NCBI GenBank assembly: GCA_040756075.1
Contig: JBFLZX010000001.1
Location: forward strand, 28,787 to 92,786
Reading direction: 5' to 3'
DNA: 64,000 nucleotides
Source of the DNA: Patescibacteria group bacterium
GTDB lineage: Bacteria; Patescibacteriota; JABMPQ01; JBFLZX01
The notes under the pieces were generated by a model, which worked only from the letters and a program-made list of their open reading frames with translations, was not told the origin of the DNA and did not search any database. Positions 57,586-64,000 of the stretch are shown in pieces (the first letter of the stretch is position 1; each line of letters opens with the position of its first letter). A program made the translations under genes and the position numbers.

Positions 57586-59242
57586 TTGCGGACACGATGC
57601 AACAGCAGCCCTTATAAAAAATGAAAAAATTATAGCTGTTGTTCAGGAAGAAAGAAAAACGCGCATCAAACATCAAAATGGATTTCCCTTCTTAGCCATA
57701 AAAGAAGTATTATATATCGGTGGAATCGAAGCTAAGGATATAGATTATATTGCTTGGGCAGGAAATGATAGGCGGCTTCAATCAATAAAAGAGTTGTTTT
57801 GGGCAATAGGAGGAGATAAGTTTTATTCATATGGAGGAATAACTAAAAGGATTAAAACGGCTATAGCCGAAAATACAAAAGGAATATGGAATTTCAACGG
57901 CAATCTTAAGAAATTAAAATTAAACAAAAAGAAATCTTTCTTTTTTGAACATCATCTTTGTCATGCGTCATCGGCATACCGTAATTCGGGTTTTCAGAAA
58001 GCCCTAATTTTGACAATCGATGGCGTAGGAGATAATATTTCCGCTACAGTAAATATTGGAGATAAAGGTCTGATTAAAAGAATAGCAAAGACTAGCCCGA
58101 AACACAGTATCGGGTTGCTTTATCAAGCAGTAACCGAGGCATTAGGGTTTGTTCCTGTCGAAGGCGAATATAAAACTATGGGCCTTGCAGCTTATGGCGA
58201 TAAAATTAAACTCTACAACTATTTTAATAATATAATAAGCTATGAGAATTTAAGGTTTAAATCAAAATTTATATGGGAATCTAATTGGCAATTTCCTGCT
58301 CCTAGCATACGCCAACATATTTTATTCAAGAATTTACTCAAACAGTACAAAAAAGAAGATATAGCAGCGAGTTGTCAGGCTGTTTGCGAAGATGTAATTT
58401 ATAGATTTGTGAATGATGTTGTTAAGAAAACAGATATTCATAATATATGTGTTGCCGGCGGAGTTTTTCTTAATGTTAAAGCAAACAAAATAATTAGGGA
58501 AAAAGTCCCTCTAGATTCTTTATATATTCATCCGGATGCTGGCGATGGAGGTTTAGCTTTAGGGGCGGCTTTAGAATTATATTTTAACTTAACGGGCTCT
58601 ATGCCTAGAGACAAATTAGATAACACTTATTTTGGCAGGAGTTATGCTAATGAAGAAATAAAGAAAGAATTAGATAGAAATAATCTAAAGGTATATTATT
58701 TTGAAGATATTGAAAAAAAAGCAGCAGAATTATTAAAATCAGGAAAAGTCATAGGCTGGTTTCAGGGGAGAATGGAAATGGGCCCACGCGCCTTAGGTAA
58801 TAGGTCTGTTTTAGCAGATCCTCGTAATCCATCGGTGAAAGAAAAAATCAACAAACATCTTAAAAAACGCGATTGGTTTGTGCCATTTGCACCCTCAATT
58901 TTAGAGGAAGATAGCAATCTTTATATTAAGGAATTTAATGGGTATGCTCCTTTTATGATTATGGCGTTTGATGCTGACGTTACTAAAAAAGAGTTAATAC
59001 CAGCAGTTGTGCATGTTGATAATACGTTAAGGCCGCAGATCGTAAGAAAAGAATTCAATCTTTCGTACTGGAAGTTGATAAAGTCGTTTAAAGAGCTTAC
59101 TGGCATTGGCGTTGTATTGAATACCTCATTTAATAGGCATGGTTTACCGATGGTAGAATCTCCCAAGGATGCAGTGGAGCACTTATTGGACCGTAATATT
59201 GATACCCTAGTTATTGGGAATTATATCGTTGACAGGCCTTAA
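57566..59242 (+). CDS. Carbamoyltransferase (NodU/CmcH family)
   Basis: YILGINCGHDATAALIKNEKIIAVVQEERKTRIKH matches the family's N-terminal signature. The C-terminal domain has the usual FPFAPS and NTSFN blocks. Confidence 0.75.
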   Translation: MYILGINCGHDATAALIKNEKIIAVVQEERKTRIKHQNGFPFLAIKEVLYIGGIEAKDIDYIAWAGNDRRLQSIKELFWAIGGDKFYSYGGITKRIKTAIAENTKGIWNFNGNLKKLKLNKKKSFFFEHHLCHASSAYRNSGFQKALILTIDGVGDNISATVNIGDKGLIKRIAKTSPKHSIGLLYQAVTEALGFVPVEGEYKTMGLAAYGDKIKLYNYFNNIISYENLRFKSKFIWESNWQFPAPSIRQHILFKNLLKQYKKEDIAASCQAVCEDVIYRFVNDVVKKTDIHNICVAGGVFLNVKANKIIREKVPLDSLYIHPDAGDGGLALGAALELYFNLTGSMPRDKLDNTYFGRSYANEEIKKELDRNNLKVYYFEDIEKKAAELLKSGKVIGWFQGRMEMGPRALGNRSVLADPRNPSVKEKINKHLKKRDWFVPFAPSILEEDSNLYIKEFNGYAPFMIMAFDADVTKKELIPAVVHVDNTLRPQIVRKEFNLSYWKLIKSFKELTGIGVVLNTSFNRHGLPMVESPKDAVEHLLDRNIDTLVIGNYIVDRP

Positions 59243-59259
59243 AAATAAAGCATGTATTA

Positions 59260-60267
59260 ATGAAAAGAAAAAGTATTTTAAAAAGATTTGGTTCACAAGA
59301 ATTAGCAGTATGTGAGCAAGTTGCAGAAAAGCCATTTATAGAGCTGCAAGGCAATAATATTATGCCTCTACCAAAAGACTTTTTTTGTCTTAGAATTGAT
59401 GCAGATGAGCATAATGAAGAATTATTCGATGAATTTTTGAGTGTCTTTGATAACTTTAAAGATGCCATAACAATTTTTTTTAATGCACATAATTTTTCTT
59501 CTCTAAAAGATAAAATTATTAAATGCGCTAATTCAGGATTAGATGTTCAATCTCATGGGTATTACCACTATACTTATAATGACTACAGAAGCAATCGATA
59601 TAATATAAATAAAGCAAAGCGGTTTTTCGAAGAGTTAGGAATTACGACTATTGGATTTGCTGCTCCTATGGGGAAATGGAATGAGAGTTTAATGTATGCC
59701 TTGGAAGATGAGGGCTATGAATATTCCTCGGACTTTAGTTATGATTATTTAGGCTTTCCGACTTATCCTAATTTAGGAAATAGAGTATCTAGTATCCTTG
59801 AAATTCCAATTTTTCCTGTTGCGCCAGAGTTATTTTTTCAAAATAATAATTTTAACTCAAGGAGAATCTTAGAATTTTATGAAAATGCTATTAAAGAAAT
59901 AAGTTCTTGTGGGCTACCGGTAATAATTTATGCTCATACAAGTAATTATAATGAAATACCTAAACTTTTAAACAGCATATTAGAATTTGCTATTCTAAAA
60001 AATAAACTAACTCCTATTAATCTAACAAATTTTTATAATTTATGGAAAAAAATTCATCCGCAGAAAATACAGATGACCAGTAGGGCGGATAAAATAAAAA
60101 TACCAAATTCAGATCTTTTAGGAGAAACGATAAACTTAGAGATAAATAGTTTTTTAAAAAACTATTTTAAAAACTTGATTGATTTTGAACGGATTACTCC
60201 CTTAGATGAAATTCAATACGGATGGTTTAAAAAAACGATAAACAAAGTATTAAGAAATTTTTTATAA
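59260..60267 (+). CDS. Putative polysaccharide deacetylase-like (NodB homology) protein
   Basis: LRIDADEH (a TFDDG-like motif 1), QSHGYYH (an H-x3-H motif 2) and FAAPMGKWN (an RPPYG-like motif). The match is weak. Confidence 0.4.
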   Translation: MKRKSILKRFGSQELAVCEQVAEKPFIELQGNNIMPLPKDFFCLRIDADEHNEELFDEFLSVFDNFKDAITIFFNAHNFSSLKDKIIKCANSGLDVQSHGYYHYTYNDYRSNRYNINKAKRFFEELGITTIGFAAPMGKWNESLMYALEDEGYEYSSDFSYDYLGFPTYPNLGNRVSSILEIPIFPVAPELFFQNNNFNSRRILEFYENAIKEISSCGLPVIIYAHTSNYNEIPKLLNSILEFAILKNKLTPINLTNFYNLWKKIHPQKIQMTSRADKIKIPNSDLLGETINLEINSFLKNYFKNLIDFERITPLDEIQYGWFKKTINKVLRNFL

Positions 60268-60286
60268 TATTATAAACGGAGGAGTT

Positions 60287-61252
60287 ATGCCTAATTTTTA
60301 TAATAAAAAAAGAGTTTTAATAACCGGTGCTGATGGTTTTATGGGCTCTCATCTTGTAGAGCGGTTACTTGCTGAAGGCGCAAAAGTATCGGTTTATGTG
60401 AGGGGAAATTCTGTCTCTGGGACAACCCAATATAACCTTAAGAATATAAAGCACTTAGAGAGGTATTTGTCTGAAATAATCACTGGTAATATTGCTACTT
60501 TAGATGCAAAAGATCTTGTAATTAAAAATAAGCCAGAAGTTATATTTCATCTTGCGGCTGATGCGTATGTGCCAAACTCATTTGACCATCCGATTGAGGT
60601 AATGGAAACAAATGTTATTGGTACATTGAATATGTTATGCGCTGTTAAAGAAGACAAGAAAATTAAACGCATTGTTTGTACTTCATCTAGTGAAATTTAT
60701 GGCATGACTTTAGGTGGTTCGATTAATGAAGAACATCCACTTTATCCATCAAGCCCCTATGCAGCAAGTAAGGTTGCTGCAGATAGATATGCCTACGCAT
60801 ATTGGAATACCTATAAGCTACCTATTGCGATTATCCGGCCATTTAATACATATGGCCCACGCCACACCTACGATGTAATACCAAAATTTATTGATTTAGC
60901 GCTAAAGAATAGAGCCATAACTGTGCATGGGAGCGGTAGTCAGTCTCGTGATTTTACATATGTCGATGATATGATAGATGCCTTTTTGATTATGGGCAGC
61001 CACGATAAAGCAATTGGCAAGGCAGTAAATTTTGGCACAGGACGCGCGGTAACTATAAATTATATTGCAAAAAAAATAAAGGACATAGCTAAATCAAACT
61101 CAAGAATAGTTCATACAGAACAAAGGCTTGCAGAGGTGCCTAAGCTTTTGTGTAATTATTCATTGGCTAATAAATTATTTGGATGGAAGCCAAAAATTTT
61201 TATTGATGAAGGGTTAAGGAGAAATGTCGAATGGGCAAAACAAAGCCAATAG
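60287..61252 (+). CDS. NAD-dependent sugar-nucleotide epimerase/dehydratase (UDP-glucuronate decarboxylase / 4-epimerase-like extended SDR)
   Basis: [18 protein letters not shown] and YAASK. GGAGG RBS. Confidence 0.7.
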   Translation: MPNFYNKKRVLITGADGFMGSHLVERLLAEGAKVSVYVRGNSVSGTTQYNLKNIKHLERYLSEIITGNIATLDAKDLVIKNKPEVIFHLAADAYVPNSFDHPIEVMETNVIGTLNMLCAVKEDKKIKRIVCTSSSEIYGMTLGGSINEEHPLYPSSPYAASKVAADRYAYAYWNTYKLPIAIIRPFNTYGPRHTYDVIPKFIDLALKNRAITVHGSGSQSRDFTYVDDMIDAFLIMGSHDKAIGKAVNFGTGRAVTINYIAKKIKDIAKSNSRIVHTEQRLAEVPKLLCNYSLANKLFGWKPKIFIDEGLRRNVEWAKQSQ

Positions 61253-62787
61253 AAAAATATTTCCGTGATAAAAATGCTTTAATTTCTAAAACCGCCAAAA
61301 TAGGTGCAGGCACTAAAATTTGGGCGTTTGCGCAAATTGGAGATAATGCGCGAATTGGCAATAATTGTGTTATAGGAAATGGTGTTTATATCGATAGAAA
61401 TGTTGTAGTTGGCAATAATGTAAAAATTCATAATAGGGCATTGCTTTACGATGGCTTAGTTGTTGAAGATAACTGCTTTATTGGCCCTGGTGCATGTTTT
61501 ACAAATGATAAGCTGCCAAGACACAATACAACACGTAATTTAGCAGATAAAACTTGGCGAGTGAGAGAAGGGGCAAGCATTGGTGCAAATGCAACAGTGC
61601 TGCCAGATATAACAATTGGGAAAAATGCTGTTATTGGTGCGGGCTCAGTAGTTACAAAAGATGTGCCTGATAATGCGACTGTTTATGGAAATCCCTCTAA
61701 AATAATTAAAATCCATAAAAATAACCAAGTAAGTTCAGGAGAAAGTTTAAAATTAGTTTGCAATTGGATTATAAATTCTGGCCTGCAGGCAAAAAATGGT
61801 GGTTTTTACGCGTGGCTTGACCTAAATGCAAATGCATATTCGTATATTTATTCAGAAATAACCGGCTATGGTATTACGACTCTGCTTTTTTTGAATGAAC
61901 TAAAAAAAGCAGAATTAGCCGCTGATTGGATTATTAAAAAATCAATACAGCCTTGTGGGGGGGTTAGAACAGGTAAGGGTGAGTTTGATAATTTATTTAC
62001 CTTTGATACTGGAATGGTCTTGTATGGCTTAATAAATTTATTTAAAGCCGCTAAAAAGCAAGAATATCTTAATATCTCAAAAAAAATTGCTGATTTTTTA
62101 TTAGCGAATCAGAGAAGTAATGGTTCACTTGCCCCGATTTATTCGTTAAAAACAAATAAAACAATTGAAACACTTGATAAATGGTCAACTCAAAGTGGTA
62201 CATATCATGCAAAAGTAGCTTTAGGGTTAGTCGATCTATTTAGAATTACAAAAAACGATATTTACAAAAATGCGGCAATAAAGCTCTGTAAATTTACCTT
62301 AACTTTGCAAGATAAATCAGGCAGGTTCATCACAAATAAAAAAGATAATACCACTCATATTCATCCGCATTCTTATGCGGCAGAAGGTTTACTATACACC
62401 GGGGCAATTTTAAAAATTAAAGAATTTGTCGCTGCGGCAAAAAAATCTGTTGAGTGGTCATTTAAAAATTTATCCGGTTATGGTATAAATGAGCTTTATA
62501 ATCCGTTTTCGAATACTTTTAATGATTTTCAAAGAAGCGATATCCTCGCGCAAGTATTAAGATTGGGAATTATCTTTTCTTTAGATTCAAAAAAAATAGA
62601 AGAATTGGCATCTTTATTACTTGCTTATCAATATAATGGCCAAAATAAGCAGAAAGGCGGCTTTTTTTATTCAAAGAATGACTTACACTTAAATTCTTGG
62701 TGCTCAATGTTTGCTTTACAAGCATTAGCGCTATACCAAAATAAAAAATTAATCGGCAAAAATGGCAAAGTTGAACTGTTTATCTGA
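61231..62787 (+). CDS. Hexapeptide-repeat (LbH) acyl/acetyltransferase fused to a C-terminal alpha/alpha-toroid domain that carries GGF-type repeats
   Basis: N-terminal roughly 170 aa: [54 protein letters not shown], which is FdtC/WxcM-like. C-terminal roughly 340 aa: recurring NGGFYAW, CGGVRT, SGRF and KGGFFYS repeats like those of prenyltransferase/terpene-cyclase beta repeats. Confidence 0.55.
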   Translation: MGKTKPIEKYFRDKNALISKTAKIGAGTKIWAFAQIGDNARIGNNCVIGNGVYIDRNVVVGNNVKIHNRALLYDGLVVEDNCFIGPGACFTNDKLPRHNTTRNLADKTWRVREGASIGANATVLPDITIGKNAVIGAGSVVTKDVPDNATVYGNPSKIIKIHKNNQVSSGESLKLVCNWIINSGLQAKNGGFYAWLDLNANAYSYIYSEITGYGITTLLFLNELKKAELAADWIIKKSIQPCGGVRTGKGEFDNLFTFDTGMVLYGLINLFKAAKKQEYLNISKKIADFLLANQRSNGSLAPIYSLKTNKTIETLDKWSTQSGTYHAKVALGLVDLFRITKNDIYKNAAIKLCKFTLTLQDKSGRFITNKKDNTTHIHPHSYAAEGLLYTGAILKIKEFVAAAKKSVEWSFKNLSGYGINELYNPFSNTFNDFQRSDILAQVLRLGIIFSLDSKKIEELASLLLAYQYNGQNKQKGGFFYSKNDLHLNSWCSMFALQALALYQNKKLIGKNGKVELFI

Positions 62788-63898
62788 AAAAAAACTAGGG
62801 TTTGTTTTTGGCACGCGGCCGGAGATTATAAAACTAAGCCCCATAATTAAACTCTGTCAAAAAATAAAAATTCCATTCTTCTGTATTCATACAGGCCAAC
62901 ATTACTCTCATGAGATGGATAAAATATTTTTTAAAGACTTGAATTTACCGCTTCCAAAATATAGGTTGCAAATAAAATCAAGCGCGCCATTTAAGCAAGG
63001 AGAGCATACTGGCAGGATGTTGATTGAACTTGAGAAAATTCTATTAAAAGAAATGCCTTATTGTATATTAATCCAAGGCGATACAAATACGGTTTTAGCA
63101 GCTGCTCTGACTGCAGAGAAAATATCAACCACTGAAAGCTATACAGGTTTTCATATAAGAATAGCCCATGTAGAAGCCGGCCTAAGAAGCTATGACAGAA
63201 GCATGCCCGAAGAAACAAATCGGTTTATTACTGACCATCTTTCAGACTTTTTATTTACGCCTACCAATAATGAAAAAGAAATTTTATTAAGAGAAGGTGT
63301 TGATAAATCAAAAATATTCACTGTTGGCAACACAATTGTTGACTCAGTGAAGAATAATATTAAATCGGCTTTATTAAAAAGCGAAATTTTAAAAACTTTG
63401 GGGCTAAAACGACATAAATATTTATTAACAACTATTCACCGTCAAGAAAATGTAGATTCAAAGGAAATATTTAGCAATATTTTATCCGGGTTAGAAAAAG
63501 TTAATGATAGTTTGAAGCTGCCTATGATTTTTCCAATTCACCCTCGTACAGCAAAGATGATGGATAAATTCAATTTGAGCTTGCCAAAGAGCATAACACC
63601 AATAGCGCCAGTTGGATTTATGGATTTTCTTTTACTTGAAAGTAACGCAGCATTAATCTTAACTGATTCGGGCGGTATTCAGGAAGAGGCGTGTATTTTA
63701 AAAGTACCATGTGTTACGTTAAGAAGTAATACTGAACGGCCAAAAACTGTAAAAGTTAAGGCAAATATGATTTCATATAACAAACCAGATAGAATATTAA
63801 GCTATGCATTAAAAATGATAAACGCTAGAAGAAAATGGAAGAATCCATTTGGCGATGGCAAAACAAGCCAGCGTATAATCGAGGCGATATTGAATTAG
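62762..63898 (+). CDS. UDP-N-acetylglucosamine 2-epimerase (WecB/NeuC family)
   Basis: [13 protein letters not shown] and HVEAGLRS motifs. Confidence 0.8.
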   Translation: MAKLNCLSEKKLGFVFGTRPEIIKLSPIIKLCQKIKIPFFCIHTGQHYSHEMDKIFFKDLNLPLPKYRLQIKSSAPFKQGEHTGRMLIELEKILLKEMPYCILIQGDTNTVLAAALTAEKISTTESYTGFHIRIAHVEAGLRSYDRSMPEETNRFITDHLSDFLFTPTNNEKEILLREGVDKSKIFTVGNTIVDSVKNNIKSALLKSEILKTLGLKRHKYLLTTIHRQENVDSKEIFSNILSGLEKVNDSLKLPMIFPIHPRTAKMMDKFNLSLPKSITPIAPVGFMDFLLLESNAALILTDSGGIQEEACILKVPCVTLRSNTERPKTVKVKANMISYNKPDRILSYALKMINARRKWKNPFGDGKTSQRIIEAILN

Positions 63899-64000
63899 AT
63901 GAAAGTATTGTTTTATTCCTATCCTCAAGCATTTCAAAATCCTGGCGGCGGAGAAGTAATGCTTTTAAAAACAAAAGAAGCATTAGAAAAACAAGGTGTT
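63899..64000 (+). CDS. Glycosyltransferase, N-terminus only (GT4-like). The 3' end lies outside the window.
   Basis: An ATG at 63899 follows the upstream stop. MKVLFYSYPQAFQNPGGGEVMLLKTKEALEKQGV is a typical GT-B N-terminal Gly-rich loop. Confidence 0.35.
   Translation, partial: MKVLFYSYPQAFQNPGGGEVMLLKTKEALEKQGV

Noticed and set aside
1-64000. CRISPR arrays, tRNA/rRNA genes, IS elements and prophage genes
   Set aside because: Scanning both the ORF content and the few non-coding stretches found no regularly spaced direct repeats, no cloverleaf-like GC-rich segments and no transposase/integrase-like ORFs. The only mobile-element-like hint is the small Xis-type HTH at 21402.

Overview
The window is AT-rich (roughly 30% GC by eye) bacterial DNA. 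Every credible gene lies on the + strand. They form two tightly packed units: position 1 to 16993 (open at the 5' edge) and 17165 to beyond 64000 (open at the 3' edge). The only intergenic gap of note is 171 bp at 16994..17164, and it carries a near-consensus sigma70-type promoter. I see no rRNA, tRNA, CRISPR array or transposase. All minus-strand ORFs in the track are short and nested inside + strand genes. Nearly every gene belongs to cell-surface glycan biosynthesis or modification. This is a roughly 64 kb glycosylation island with the following content. (a) Six polytopic GT-C-type (ArnT/PMT/YfhO-like) membrane glycosyltransferases, four DPM1/ArnC/CsbB-like GT2 polyprenyl-phosphate-sugar synthases, a GtrA/UPF0104-like flippase-type protein and a Wzx-like flippase. 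Together these look like several independent lipid-carrier glycosylation modules. (b) Five paralogous B12-binding radical SAM enzymes, each with an N-terminal cobalamin-binding domain followed by a CxxxCxxC motif. (c) A pseudaminic/legionaminic-type nonulosonic acid module: a NeuB/PseI-like synthase, an SpsF/PseF-like cytidylyltransferase, a PseG-GNAT fusion, an LmbE deacetylase and a WbqC-like protein. There are two further cytidylyltransferases, one NeuA-like and one KdsB-like. (d) An HpcH/HpaI-type pyruvate aldolase placed next to the KdsB-like gene. (e) A PAPS/sulfation block: ATP sulfurylase, an alkaline-phosphatase-fold 'sulfatase-like' domain that lacks the CxPxR motif and is fused to APS kinase, and a truncated pyruvate-kinase-like protein. 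(f) Duplicated SDR dehydratase plus DegT aminotransferase modules, one as an SDR-aminotransferase fusion and one as a CBS-SDR fusion, with the parts of a 3-acetamido-3,6-dideoxyhexose pathway (FdtA/FdtB/FdtC-like) present but dispersed. (g) Carbamoyltransferase, NodB-like deacetylase, three class I methyltransferases, GT2/GT4/TagF-KpsC-like transferases and a UDP-GlcNAc 2-epimerase. (h) An RtcB-family RNA ligase homologue immediately followed by a thymidylate-kinase-like P-loop kinase inside the glycan operon. This last pair is the most unexpected feature. All functional calls rest on motif and family recognition by eye, because no searches could be run.
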